Source: Harriotta raleighana
Taxonomy: Eukaryota
Direction of reading: 5' to 3'
Length of the DNA stretch: 64,000 nucleotides
NCBI GenBank assembly: GCA_050575255.1
Contig: JBNZDD010013691.1
Coordinates: 6,137,982 to 6,201,981, forward strand
Below, in pieces: positions 26,075 through 39,711 of the stretch; the first letter of the stretch is position 1, and the number at the start of each line of letters is the position of its first letter. The position numbers were made by a program, and so were the translations under genes. Under the pieces are notes generated by a model. The model saw only the letters and a list, made by a program, of their open reading frames with translations, searched no databases and was not told the origin of the DNA.

Positions 26075-26835
26075 ATGGCTCTTACCTCCTCCACCTTCCC
26101 GGCCTGCCCATAAAACATATGCGCAACTTAGGCATCCGGTTCGACCCCCAACCGTCATTCCTCTCTCACATCCGGTCCCTCACCAGCACCACTTTCTTCC
26201 ACCTCCGACGCCCATCTCCACCAATATCTCACCCCAAAAGCCATTGAAACCCTTGTCCACGCCTTTGTCACCTCTCGGCTGGACTATTGCAATGCCCTCC
26301 TCTCTGTTCTCCCTTCCTCCACAATCCAGAGTTCGGCTTATCCAGAACTCTGCCACTCGCTTTCTCATCCACACCAAACTTCACTCCCCCATTACCCCAG
26401 TCCTTGCCAGACTTCACTGGCTTCCTATCCCAGAGAGGATTGATTTCAAGATCCTCACCCTCGTCTTCAAATCCCTCCACTTCTTTGCACTTCCCTACCT
26501 CTCTGACCTCCTCTCTCCTCAAACCAGCACCCGTTGCCTTCGCTCCACCGAGTCTGGCTTCCTCCATGTCCCCCAAATCCTCCGCTCCACCCTCGGCTGC
26601 CGTGCCTTCAGCCACTATGCCCCAAGCCTCTGGAATTCCCTTCCTCACTCCTTCCGCTTCACCCCCTCTTTTTCCATTTCCAGGTCCCAGCTGAACAACT
26701 TTCTCTTTGACCGCGCCTTTGGTCACCTTTCTTCCCCAGCCCCTGGCTCAGTCCTGGGATCTGCTATTGTGAAGCACTCTGAGATGCTGTCCAGCATGGA
26801 GGGCGCTATATAAATCAAAGTTGTTGATGTTGTTA
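26075..26835 (+). mobile_element. L2 LINE 3' fragment
   Basis: LIQNSATRFL...PITPVLARLHWLPIPERIDFKILTLVFKSLH...RAFSHYAPSLWNSLP. Confidence 0.92.
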
Positions 26836-29434
26836 TGTATACATATCAGTATTGCTTTCCTTAATTTCACAGTTTCCTGCTGTTTTCCTCCCTTTAACAT
26901 CCAAACTATATACAACCAAGAAATACTGGAGATATGCTGTGCTTTAATAGCTGTTTAATAGCTTCTGCTGCAAAATCGCAAAAACTCCAGCACATAGCAG
27001 AGTATCAGAACTTCCAGGGAATCAGCCTTTGATTCACAAAAAAAACCTTTATGTGCATTTCTGAATGTTTTATTAATACAGTTGGATTGTGCATAACAGC
27101 ACATAAAAATAAGAGGAATACTGTTGTAATCATAACTTTGAAGCTAGATGGATAAAGATGAGCAAAAATGTTATGCTTATGGATCCCCACTCATCTGAGT
27201 ACAGTAATAGAGACGCTGCATTTTTTTTTAACTTCAGTAGCACTCCTAGAGCCAGCTTGGTGTCAAAACCCAAGCCTATCTAGGCCTTTCATTCTGATTC
27301 ATGTATGGAATCTAAAAATGATGTAGGCATTTCTAAATACTGTATTATTTTATAGTACTGAGATAGCCAGCCACCCGAGCTACCTCTCACATAGAGCCTC
27401 CATTACAACTCTTTATTGTTTTATTAATATTACTGTTGATAAATTTTATTCTACAATTGTATAAGGACAAAAAAGACACTTTAAAAGAGAATTGGTTTCT
27501 GTCTGTCCAGTGTTATTTTCCATAATAATATTGCTCACTATTTCTTATGCCCCCAATCTCCAGCTCCATCATCTACTTAGGTTATTTCATCTCAAAAGTG
27601 TAAATACTTTCCCCTGTAGTGCTTTACAGACCTTAAATACACCATCCGATGCAGTTTTCTTCTGCATCCATAGGATGCAGATTTTTTAAAGAAAAATCCT
27701 GAAAATTAAATTGTTTCTTTAATCATGGCTGTTTGTGGGACATTATTGTGCAGAATTGGCTGCCACATTAGCCCACAAAATAAATAATCACTACACTTTT
27801 AAGTATTTCCTGTTAAACCTTTGAGACAGCCTCCTAATGTGAAAGACACTGTATGAAATGTATGAATTATTGCTATCATTGCACACATATATAAAAATCA
27901 TGCGGGTGCAGTTTTTGTTGATTTCATGTGGAAATGTGAAAAGCCACAAAAATCATCCTAATTTATACTTGAGAGTTTTGTTTAGAACTCAGAATCAAGG
28001 AATAACAAGAATGGGACTTGCTGTGTGGGATTGGCATTAGATCTTAGGTGAGGAAAAAGTCTGGCACTGAACAGCAATTAAAAACTGAGGCTATGAGAGA
28101 TTTGGATGGAACTTGGTTGGCCTTGTTTAATCCAGTAGAAAACATTTGCTGAGAATTTCATGCTATATTTATACTTCTCTAATAAATATAGATATAAGTC
28201 ATTTGCTTATTTTTTTTTTACATAAGTATTAAGTTACCAATATCATGCTGAATTTATGTTTAATATTCATTATCACTTTCATTGACGCTGACAATTACAT
28301 TAAAAATGAAAGTGTGATTGATCGCAAAAAGGTTTGCATGAACAAAGATGATAATTAATGACTGGAAAAGATTATCAGGAAGGGTGGTTGAGACCAGGAC
28401 ACTGGGCTCAATTAACAATGTATATATATTATATATATATAATTCTGTAATGGGAAGAAGTTAGGGTGAGAATTCTGCTAGAATGAGATCAGATGAGTCT
28501 TCTTCATCTAAACTAATCTTTGGTCCATTTCATCTGATTTCTCCATGATAGCATTTGGCTATTCCTGAGAGAGTGAACAAATTTAGTCTCCTTGGATGAT
28601 TCTCATTTGATTTCAAACCAAGATGATTTGTTGGGTTGCAATATAAATACTGTAGTAGGTACACATGATCGAGTACCTGTTTGAAATTTTGCAAGAATAT
28701 AATGTGATAGGAATTAGAGTAGAAGAAACAAAGTTGACCAACTTTTCTCTGAAGTTAAGAAATGACTGGAGGCAAAGGCTGGAATCAATTTTGCTAGTAT
28801 AGCAACCCACTGGCTTTAACTCTACATTTTCAGTCAGTGGAAGAGTGTATGTGGATCTTTTTGTATCTGACACAAAGTTTGCCTCATGGTGGTGGAGGAA
28901 AAGGAGTGATGAAAAAAAATCCTGAGCGGCATATGCAATCTGACCTGCTGGGATTTCTGTCTACATTAAACTCCAAAAGATCAATAATTTTGATGTTTTC
29001 AAGAGTCGGTTATAGCTCTGATGAGTTTCCTTGGGCAAAGCTTGATGGAAATGTTGATGCATCCACTTACCATCACAGTTCCTGTTGTTCACAAGGTCTC
29101 AATATGAACTAAATTACACTGTTCATAAAACAGTTTATTTTTCTGCATTTCTTCACGCTGAGACATATTGAGGGGTTGGTTACAAAGAGCAGTTTAAATA
29201 CTTTATAATAATCCTTATAATTGATATAGGTCCTTTTACGTCACAGGATATATATTTTAAAATATTGTGACTATTTTTTAAATGAACGTGCACAAGATTG
29301 ATAGTTTGAAGGGTAATGATTCAGCTTTCTCAGGGAAATGAATAATATGATTAAATGTTTAGTATGGCTTGTTATTTAAGCACAACTAGGTGTCACTTTG
29401 ACTTTAGGCTATGCATTGCAATTATCTGTCGCAG

Positions 29435-29534
29435 ACGGCGAAAGGATAGAGGTATCCATTATTTACAATCAATATGTATAATTGCATCAAATTGGTCTGA
29501 ACATTCAAGCATTTCCAGATGTTCAGTTCCTGAG
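29435..29534 (+). pseudogene. Degenerate candidate third MAM exon
   Basis: Acceptor tctgtcgcag, donor GAG/gtacaa. Phase-1 reading DGERIEVSIIYNQYV*LHQIGLNIQAFPDVQF resembles MAM ..NQG..W.Q..V.I......F. Contains TAA 29479-29481, and its length is 1 nt off the phase needed to join the next exon. Confidence 0.45.
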
Positions 29535-30769
29535 GTACAATTTTTAATGGTTCATATTAACAAGTTCAGTTATATTTACTCTCCAAAGAAATCCAATTTA
29601 AATGCAGCTAAATTTCAGTTGTTACAAAATAAGTTCAAAGAGTCTGAATTTGGACCAAATTGGTGTTCATCCCCAGCGTCCAATAATCTCAATCATTGTT
29701 TCATGGAGTTGAAGGCCAGGTTTTAATTACTGAAGCAGCCTGAGATTAGTTAATTTGGCCTCTGTTGCCTTGAACATTAGATGAGTCTTTACCACCAGTA
29801 ATTGTTCCTTGTTTCAGTTTTTTTTTGTTCTTTCCAACCCACCCACCCACCCACACACACTTATTAGTACTTTGTATCCTCTCAGATAGAATAGATTGAC
29901 ACAGCCTTTAATTGGATTTTCTCAATTCACACAAAAGAAAGCACAGATTTTGTGCCTCACTGGTCAAAATTTCAAATTAAAATTGAAAGATTCAAATTGC
30001 CATTCTTGTGTCTATGATTGACAACTTGAAATAAAGAGGTCCAGAATCTGCAGTATTTTCCATTTGCTAGAAATAAATGTGACACCTGTCTCCATTTTAA
30101 GATCAGGGGAGGGGTGAGAGAGCAGAAACAGATTTAGATCCAAATCTAATATTAAGGACAGTTTCCAGTCTACAAAATCTATTCCCAAAGATAATGAACA
30201 TAATAAAGTTAACATCTTTAGGATTATTTTAGTTTGACTTTATGTTTTTCTGCTTTTAGACTTTTAGCCCCTGAGCTCTGGAACTCCATGCCTCTATCCT
30301 TCCATCTTGCCCCCTCTTTATTATTCTTAAATTACCACCTGTAAACCTGCTTCTTTGACCGCACCTATGGTCACTTCACTGTCCCTCTGAATCTATATAT
30401 CAGTGTATAGATCTTGACATCTAAATAAGGTGAGGAGGCTGCTCTCTGCCTGCAGAGGCAGGCACAGTTTAAATTCTGTTTGCAGCAGAAATGACTGCAA
30501 CAATGCATCATGTTAATTAGTAATTAAAAGGAAATGTAATCTGTGTGACGCCACGGGTACTCTGCTGGAAAATTAGAAGCGAGCCATCCAATATTTTATC
30601 TATTTTTGTTGATGATTATTCAACAGGAATTAACATTGTTGTTAAAATACTCAAGCATCTTTTCACTAGCAGTGTTTTTTTTATATTCCATTGAGATAAT
30701 GGTGACATCCAAATATCTAGTTCATCAGGCAACATCTTCTATTGATCCACACCCAAACTAGTGGTTGGC

Positions 30770-31130
30770 ATTAGGAGGGGTGGAGGGTGGGAAAGGTAGG
30801 GGCAAAAGGGTGACCACAGACACAGTCAAAGAGGAGGGTCTTGAGATAGGTCTTGACGAAGATGGGGTGTGGGGTGTGTGAGTTGTAGGGGGAATGAGGC
30901 AGAGTGAATGTGTGATGGATAGTCAGAGAATGAAAGCAGAGAAGCTGAAGGCCTGCCTGCCAATGATGGAGTGGGCCAGACGGGGGAATGTGAAGCAGGC
31001 CGGAATTCATTGAGCAGAGGGACGGACACTTTGGTTAAAGTTATGAGGCCACAGCAGAAGGTAGGAGCAAGGCTCTGAAGGGCTTTGAAAGTGAGAACCA
31101 GGAACTTAAACTGTATCCTCTATATGATAA
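30770..31130 (-). mobile_element. L2 LINE fragment
   Basis: Reverse strand shows KTYLKTLLFD and a FKF LVLTFKAL-type motif. Confidence 0.7.
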
Positions 31131-31572
31131 GATGCAGAATACCTTTTCACACAAAATGTACAGACAATGTACTTACAGTATATTGTACTCAGTAATTTGA
31201 GATACCTCAAAGACGTTATAAGGCACTATGTGAAATGCCAGGATTATTATTCTTATATTGGAGGGTATGAGGAATGAACAGGAAAGTAGGATTAGACATT
31301 TATACATGTGGCATTTATATTGTGGCTTTCTTGCAGGGAGAATGTCTCAAAATGCTTGAAGATACTGGATTGATTCCATTCTGGAGTCCCTCTGACTTGC
31401 TTCCTCCCGTTCCACTTTCTATCGCTTGCTTGGACTACTACGTTGAATGCATTTTCGACCAACATTCCCCTCCCCACTACCCTTGGGTCCTACCTGCACC
31501 AGGGTATCTAGCAGTATTGTGGAATGTTTTTACAATAGGAAAGGTACTATTGAAATGCAAATTTGTAATGTA

Positions 31573-31747
31573 CAGGCATCCCCCAATGGGGTTGCTTTCC
31601 TGGAAGATGGTATTCAAATCGAAACGTCTTAAGTCAAAAAGGGGTTTCCTATGAGGTCCTATTATATAACCCGAGATGTTTTCGGACCTTAAACCACACT
31701 AAATAACACACAAAAAAAAAGAAGTGTAGTAAATCGGGGAATACCTG
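31573..31747. mobile_element. Short Tigger-like MITE
   Basis: TA-caggcatccccc...ggggaatacctg-TA inverted termini. Confidence 0.65.
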
Positions 31748-32479
31748 TACAGTGATGCTTTGACATAAAGTAACATATAGTGCGGTATAAAATGCAAGAA
31801 TATTTTTATTATTATCAATACCTCTTGAACATTTCCTGCAATTTCTGTTGTAAGTTTCCCAGTGTTTTCTCTTGTCATGAGTCGTCCCTTATACACTCTG
31901 CCCCACCATCAGAGGTTGCAATTGCAGCCACTATGTCCCCAAATTCTGGATCACTCTCCCACAAACTTTCTGCTTTTCCCCAACCCCTTTTCAATTCCTA
32001 CATGAAAACCTTCCTCTTCGACCATGCTTACGGCCAAAATCCATCCAAAGCTCTGAGTCAGGTTCTGTATCACTGTTAAGCACTCAGCAATGCCATCTGG
32101 AATATAGCAGTGCAAGTTATTGTTGTTGAGTCAAAAATTTTTTTCACAAAACAGCTCTTAATTAGTAATATTGTGAAAAAAAAAGGGGAATCTTGTCATT
32201 TCAAATGTAAAAATTTATGTGGCCTAACATTTGGTTTATAGTTCCTTAACATGCTGTTGAATAGGAAATCAAAGTGCTTCAAAGAATTTGCTGTAAAATG
32301 TAGTGGCTGTAGTTATAATCAGTTCTGGTGTAAGCTGTATGTTCTGATCTATTGGACACAATTCAGTAAAGAGATGGCATAAACCTCCCAAAAACCAGCA
32401 CAAAATAAAAATCATAATCCTTTCATTTGATATAGTGCTTTATAACATCATGAATCAGATTAATAATAATAATAAATAA

Positions 32480-33330
32480 GCTTATAGGAGGAGTTGAACA
32501 TGCTTGGGAATTGGGCAGATTGGTGACAGTTGAAATTCAATGTGGAGAAATATGAACTACTTTACAAGGGGACAAAATATCTTGGAAGGGACTTTTATTT
32601 TGAAGGGAAGGAATATACTTTGTATGAAAAATAAAAAAGCACCTGGGGATCCTGATTGACAATACATTGAAGCTCTCCAAACAATGCTCTGTGGCAGTGA
32701 ATGAACAAACCAGATGTTGGGATTTAACAAAAGATCAATAACAAGCCGAAATAGCGGGGTATTTCTGCCACTACATAAATCATTGGTGAGACCATACTTA
32801 GAGTGTACAGTGTGGCTGCCAAAGTACAAAAAGAATATTGGAGAAATCGAGAAAATACAGAGTAGGGCAACCAAATTGATTGAGAAAGTGGAAGGACTGG
32901 ACTATGAAGAGCAGCTAAATAAATTGGGCATGTTCACGCTGGAAAAGAAAAGATTGAGAGGCAATATGATTGCTGACTTTAAGATTCTGTAGTAGCTTGA
33001 CAATATAAATCATGACAAACCATTTCAATCCATTCGGAATAATAGAATCAGAGTACCATAGACTATGATTCAATAATTCAGAACAAATCTATACAAATCT
33101 GTTTCAGTGAGCAAGTGGTGAATATGTAGGACAGATTCCCTAAGGAGATGGTTGAAGCAGGAAGTGTTGATTTTTGAAACACAGATTAGATAGTTTATTT
33201 TAGGAAATAACATTATGGGATACAGTGCATCGGTAGTTTGGGAGATATGTGCATGCGACCGCCAGGAAGGTTGAAGGCGAACTAGATGGACCTTGGTTTT
33301 CTTGCATCTAGCATTTCTTATGTTCTTATT
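32480..33330 (+). mobile_element. CR1 LINE 3' part
   Basis: MLGF...LPLHKSLVRPYLEC...IEKIQSRATKLI...LEKKRLRGNMI; tail tttcttatgttctta. Confidence 0.88.
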
Positions 33331-33729
33331 AAATGGGTGGTAAATAGGTTTAAGCAAACCAAAGTAAAATTAAATTGGTTTAAGTAAAACATTGGATTAC
33401 TTATCATCTAAATCCGCTACGAGACTCTGGAGAGAATTAGTGGGCTTAAATGACGATAATAATAAACCTTGTATTTTTTTTTGATAACCCAAATGTCCGA
33501 CACATATGAAAACCCATCTCCATGCTTAAGAGTATCCGAACAACACTGAGAATTTCATGTGTCTAATCTACACATAGAAATTCCAGAGTAAGATTTTTGG
33601 AATGGAATGCACACTATCTCCCTGTAGGAATACATCTTGCTTACCTAATTCTGGAAATTATTAGTGCAGCTTGGCAAGAGCCAAAGTTTGGTGATCCAAG
33701 GGTGTGTGTTGGGGTACTGCTGGAGTCTA

Positions 33730-34140
33730 ATTAACGTAGTGTCTCTCATGTGTTCGAGATATCTGAAAATGCTTCACAGCATTTACTACAAAATAATAGT
33801 GCAGTAATTGCAAATTTTGTAAATGGATGCAGCAGCTCGTTTGTACACAGCAATGACCAACAAAACTACACCATGAAAGATCAATTTTATTTGGGGGATT
33901 TTGTCTAGGACACCGGGAGGATCTCATTTCTATTTTTGAATAGTACTGTGGGACCTTTAACATCCACTTCAACACACAGACGAGATCTCAGTTTAACGTC
34001 TCATCTGAAGAACAGCCACCAACAATGCATCCCACTGTATTGAGGCATCAGCTTAGTCTATATGATTTTAAAAGCTCATCATAAGGTTTGAACCCATAGT
34101 ATTTTGACTCAGAAGAAGAATGCTATGAACTGAGCCGGGC
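33730..34140 (-). mobile_element. Deu-domain-type SINE
   Basis: gggacctttaacatccac..cagtttaacgtctcatctgaag core, with a tRNA-like head at the right end. Confidence 0.75.
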
Positions 34141-34955
34141 TTACACAAATAATATTTGAAGAGTAAATTATATAGGCAAATGACTGCATTGGTGATCAGG
34201 GTGTATTAGAGATGGTGAGCAATGGCATGGTACAAAATGGTACTTAGCCACATGTTCTATTCTGATCTTGTGTGCATATAATAATGTCATGTGTTTTGTT
34301 CCATAACTTGTAATATACAATAAATATTTTCTTCATTAAATGATAGTTGCCTGCAGCTTAGTTTCCATTTTATTGCAGTTAATTATTCCTTGCATAATTA
34401 TCAGGATCTTAGACAACAAAAGAATCATTCATTCTCGGAATAAATTAATTTTAGATTTACAAAGGCCAAATACCCTGTTCATTACAAGATTCTGCGTTGT
34501 AAATTGCTTTAATTCACACAGCTGTTGTTTGTCTTGGAAGTGAGGAAGATCCTGTAAATTGTGTATCTGGCTGGCTTAGTTGATGGTTCTTTCTCCTTGG
34601 GATAAGAAGACTGTGGGTTCAAACCCAATGTTAGGACTTGGATTTATCTAATTTAGGCTGATACTCCAACACAGTGCTGCACCAGTCTACCTGTAGACAT
34701 TAAAGATGCTATGGCATTGTTCAAAGAGAATGGAGTTTCTCCCAATTTCATGGCAATCAATTCTCTGGTTAGAATTATTATCACTCTTGAAGGATGGTGA
34801 GACATTGCTGTGTGCAAATTGGCTGCCCTGTTCGCCTACACTCTGCAATAAATCCTGTGAAGCAATATGTAATAATATTCTCAAGTATCACTATTATTAT
34901 TTTGTTAATTGCAAGTGTAATGATTTTTGTAAAAATTTCTTCTTCATTTTTGCAG

Positions 34956-35043
34956 ATCATTCTGGAGGGCTACTTTGAAAACTCGATGACCAGTCAAGCA
35001 AACATTGCCATAGGTGATTTAAACTACAGAGAGAGGCAATGTG
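34956..35043 (+). pseudogene. MAM-domain C-terminal exon (open, phase 0-1)
   Basis: Acceptor cttcatttttgcag, donor TGTG/gtgaga. IILEGYFENSMTSQANIAIGDLNYRERQC matches MAM IVFEG.......GDIAIDDI......C. Confidence 0.85.
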
Positions 35044-35941
35044 GTGAGATTAAATTTTGTGCTATTCTTCTGAGTTCATAGAAACAGTTCATGCAATGAT
35101 CAAATAATTAATTGATGTCCCAGTTATTTCTAATGCACAAATTGAGCAAATGCTGATATTCTGTACAATTTATGTTGCTTTTACTTTGATGATCAGGAAA
35201 CTAAAACAATCATACTGGGGATACTGCAGCAGCCATGAGCTCTGATGCTCTATTGTAGTAGCTGTTTTTCTCTTTATTCCAAGAAAGACCAGGGGCAATT
35301 CCATGCACCCACATCTGAGACCCAAAACACAGAGAATGTAAACTTCTAAAGACATGTTCTCAGGCAAGCACAAAACGCAGATGGAACACAATGATATATA
35401 CACTTGGGCAGAATGTTAGCGAGTATTTTTACTCTTCATTAGAGTTAACTACAAAGTTAAGACTGAATTCAACGATTTGCAAATACAGTAGATAGGTGTT
35501 GAAATGCTACATATAAATAGAGTAAATGTGGGCCCAGATGAAATTTCACTCTCCTTGCCTGATCTTAACTGTAAGTCCATTTGTCTTACAATTTAACATT
35601 GCTCAGAATCATGGCAAGGTCTTAAATTCAGTCTTAATTTGGATTTGGGTTTTCCACAGTTCTTGAAAGCAATGGCACTGTTTTCCAAACAGAACAATTG
35701 AGGAAAAATCTTTAAATTACAGTAATGTTAAATCCAGAGCTAGTTACAATTGAATTAAGAAAACATTATCTTCATGAAAGGTTTTGAGAATAGGGAAGGT
35801 GCTGCCCCAGCACAAATGATTGAGAAGATTAAATAAGGGATAGATTTTTAAAAATACTGCAGTATACTGCAATTGTATTTTGGCAATTATTCTATGTTTG
35901 AAAATGTAAAACCACAGTACAGTATTTTCACAACTATAATA

Positions 35942-36357
35942 CAGATAGATCCTGCTTAACGTCACCTCGGTTAATGTTTTATCGTTATTACGTTGCTGAT
36001 ACATTGGGAACATATATTCACATTGCAACATCCGCTATTAAATTGTCCACTAGTGGATTAAAAAGGGGCATGACAGCGCTAGTGAATGAGCCAGCCCGGT
36101 AGCAAGGGAGAGAGCCGGCCGGCAGCGAGTGAGACTGGCAGCGAGTGAGTGAGACCATCAGCGAGTAAGTGAGCCGGGCAGGCAGTCAGGAAGCGAGTAT
36201 AATGTTTTTTTAGAAGATTTTGACGAAAAATGTCCAAAAGAACCTAACTTCACTTTTTACATTAATTCTTTTGGGAATAATGTATTCGCTTAACGTAGTT
36301 TCAGTTAAAGTTGCACTTTACAAGAACCAAACTATGACATTAAACTGAGTCTACCTG
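35942..36357. mobile_element. Tigger-like MITE, family B
   Basis: TA-cagatagatcctgcttaacg...ttaaactgagtctacctg-TA; internal gcgagtgag repeats. Confidence 0.75.
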
Positions 36358-38095
36358 TACGCTGGATCCATTGATGTTCTAACAATGGAGTAATGCATAC
36401 TGTGGATAGAAATATTTGTGGATTTTCTATTAGCTTCCAGATGGATAGATGTGTTGATGGATGGATGGTTGAATGGGTGGAGAGACTGATCAATTGATTG
36501 CTTGATTGCCTTGCTTACTCACTCGCTTGCTTGCTTATTTGTTTGATGTAAGGATAAATGGGTGGGTGGGTCGATTGGTGAAGCAGACTCATCAGGCTGA
36601 ATGGCTACTCCTGTTTTTATAATACTCATGAAACTCTTTTAACTCCCAACACCAGATGACAGGTGTTTAAAAAATGAAAATTCTCCTTTAAAGCCCGCCT
36701 TTCCTTTGCAGCAAAGATATTTTGCAAAATTTCATAATATTCCTTTCATATACTCTTCAGGATACCTCTTAAAAGGGACAGTATTCTCTTTTGTTGACCC
36801 CTCAAGTCTGTATGAGGAATCAAAGCAAATTACCTTTTTAAAAATGCGTCACCTATCTCAGAATATTAGGCAGCTTCTTTAGAAATAGATATCTTGAATT
36901 ACTACAAGGATGCGATCAGCAGCTGAATAAAAATAACAATGGATCCTGACAGCACAGTTGTTATTTATTCAGGAATGGGAATATAAATAGCATTCTAGTT
37001 GCATCACATTCAAACTCACCACTGTGGCTTTTACCGATCAATCTGGAGGTTTGAGATACCAACCACATCACATTGCTGCAATTCAAACCTATCCTTTTGC
37101 ATGGCCTTCATATTTCTGGACACAACTTATGATGATTGACTTTCCTTGTACGTGGAACTGCAGGAAAATACCTGTTAGCAAATTTAAGGCTTTTCGCCAA
37201 ATTCGGATCTATACTAAGATTCAAGGCATTGTTGTAAGACTGAGTCTGGTTGGGGCTAAGATAATCGACTCGTTTAAAAATAACAGTAGCTTGATGCTGT
37301 GATGGGAAAACAACAACAATAACAATCCTTGCATTTGATACAGCGCTTTTCACGTCTTCTAGACATCTCAAAACAGTAGGGTAAGTATTCTGGAAGAATG
37401 AGATGAATTAGACCTAAAGACTTTCTGCATTCCAAGCAATGAGTGATGTTGTGAACTGCTTAGCTGATGTAATTCAGATTTGATTCACTTGCCCACTGCT
37501 GTACTGAAGCATCCTTGAATGACCAACTTAAAGACCAACAGTTATACCAATTTTATCATTAATCAACAAAACATGTACTGTACACAAGTCTGAAGAACTC
37601 ACATAACAGACACCATTGTTTGTACATGGTTTACACAAGAGATCCCAGCAACAAAATTCTCTGTACAACTTCAAACAATCTAAGAGATAACATTTCTAAT
37701 TTTATGTCATTCTCCTAGCTTAATTCTGACCAGAAGTCAGATTTCTGATCCTTCAAATTAATAGTAAGAGTAAAGAAATAATTGCTGCAGCCCAGCTTTT
37801 TAACTTTGCAATCAAATGGTACATTTCATATTGTTATACTCCTGGCATATTTGTGTAGGATTTAGCTGGTAGTGATCTTTCATCATATTAAAATTAATAC
37901 AGAAAATCACATCAATGTTCTATTGCTGAAAAAAAACTAATCAAATAGAAAACTTTCATTATAAAATTTTCTGCACCAGATATCTGGCAGCATTCTTTGT
38001 TATTCCACACATAGTTTTGGGATTTAGATCATTACCAGAAGGTCAATGCACAATTACAATTAATCTCTAAATTCATAGTGACTTTTTGATCACAG

Positions 38096-38265
38096 TGAAT
38101 GAAAGATTTACTGGATCAAAACTCCACACAGTTTATGTACACGGTTGCTGAATATTCGAGGAGCTTGATGTGGGAGAGGAAATGGGCTAGTGTTCTGGAC
38201 GATCTGCAGGCTATGGAGCAAAGAGTTATGAAGGCCGACAAGCAGGATGTTGGCAAAGTCGAGCA
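38096..38265 (+). pseudogene. Laminin alpha-like coiled-coil exon, disabled at its start and truncated by a SINE
   Basis: Acceptor actttttgatcacag, then TGA followed by MKDLLDQNSTQFMYTVAEYSRSLMWERKWASVLDDLQAMEQRVMKADKQ. Resembles laminin alpha ELNDKIDDLSQ...EKVSQAESH. Runs straight into an antisense SINE tail (aataataatctttgcatttgatatag). Confidence 0.55.
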
Positions 38266-38874
38266 GAATAATAATCTTTGCATTTGATATAGTGCCTTAT
38301 CACATCAACAATATGGCTGAAGGAGCTTCACAGGGTTTACTGTGTATTTTGTAGCTGAACATAGCAGCTATTTTGCACAAAGCAATCTCCCCAAGTCAGC
38401 CATTAAGTGAGTAATTTGTTTTATTCTGACACTAGAGTTTCAATACCTTGGGCATCCTCCCGATGTGTAAGGTTCACTAAAAATGTAATTTTGTTGTTGC
38501 TGTATTTGGGGGATCATTGGCCATGTTACCAGGAGAAACACCCTTTTCTTTTCAAAAAGTGCCTTGATATCATTACGATCCATCTGGACAGGCAGACAGG
38601 AAAAAAAACGGTGGAATTTTCCACGTTTTTTTGACATACTACAATGATTTCAGAATGAGGGATAACATTGTGCTTTAAGAATTGTCCCTCTCATAGGAGG
38701 TCCAACTGTGTTTATCTGCGTCTGAAAAACTCTATCTGACCAATAATATTTCTAGTCAAATTGCTTCTACAACTGTTTTTTCCTATTTGGATATCAACAT
38801 TTTTGGCAATTTTAACATTGTCATCCACGTTCAGTAGTGGATATTATTTTCAGTAGCCTTGTTCCATATGGGTG

Positions 38875-39247
38875 GAGTCTTGTAGCATATAGGTTAGATT
38901 ATTTGAACCTGTGTTTGATTCACGGAGAGGACGAAACCCTAGGCAAGTTTCCTTACTTCACGTGGGTCTGTTTACCTAGCACTAATAGGTAAGAGCACTA
39001 TTACTTCTGAAAAGCAATCAGCCAATCAACTAACAACCATTAGGAGGATTGTTTCCAGTGGTAATAATTCCTTCCAAAAAATAACCCATGACTGTTTTGT
39101 GGGAATTGCTATACTCAATTGGCTACCAGGTTTCACCTACAAAATATATAGTCAATTTACTTCACAGTATACTCTATGAAGTTGTTGGGACATCTCACCA
39201 AAGTGATAAGATGCTGTATCAAATGCAAGGATTATTATTATTATTAC
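38875..39247 (+). mobile_element. tRNA-derived SINE (long subfamily)
   Basis: Degenerate head, ggcaagtttccttacttc core and ATT tail. Confidence 0.75.
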
Positions 39248-39382
39248 TTTGTCTTTTCCACATTATTTCATTTCTTTTGTCTTTCTACTTTTACCATTTT
39301 ACACTATAAGTGCCCCTGCCCTGTTTCTTCTTCCTCTGTCTTTCTAAACAGAATCATCCAGTTACGAGATAATCTCCACCCA

Positions 39383-39711
39383 GGAGCTCCTGTAGCCTAG
39401 TGGTTAGAGCACTTGCCTTACAAGCATGAGACCTGTGTTCGAATCCAGGCAGATCAGGGCGAAACCTTGGGCAAGTTTCCTTACTCCACATGCCTAATAA
39501 TAATCCCTCCAAAAAAAACACAATAATAAAATTGGTCATTTCAATCCACGACTGTTTGTGGGACACTGCTGTGCGCAATTGGCTGCCGCTTTACGCCCAC
39601 AAATATACAGTCAATTCACTTTACAATATATTCTGTGAAGTGCTTTGGGACGTCGATAAGATGTGAAAAGCGCTATATCAAATGCAGGGATTATTATTAT
39701 TATTATTATTA
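39383..39711 (+). mobile_element. Full-length young tRNA-derived SINE
   Basis: Pol III A box tagcctagtgg, B box gttcgaatcc (39437-39446), 3' tail gtgaaaagcgctatatcaaatgcagggattattatt. Confidence 0.92.

Noticed and set aside
25974-26813. 279-aa ORF, and similar long ORFs at 44042 and 46519
   Set aside because: These are L2 ORF2 C-terminal fragments read partly out of frame, not host genes.
39383-39455. tRNA-like sequences with A and B boxes at many sites
   Set aside because: All continue into SINE bodies and tails; they are SINE heads, not tRNA genes.
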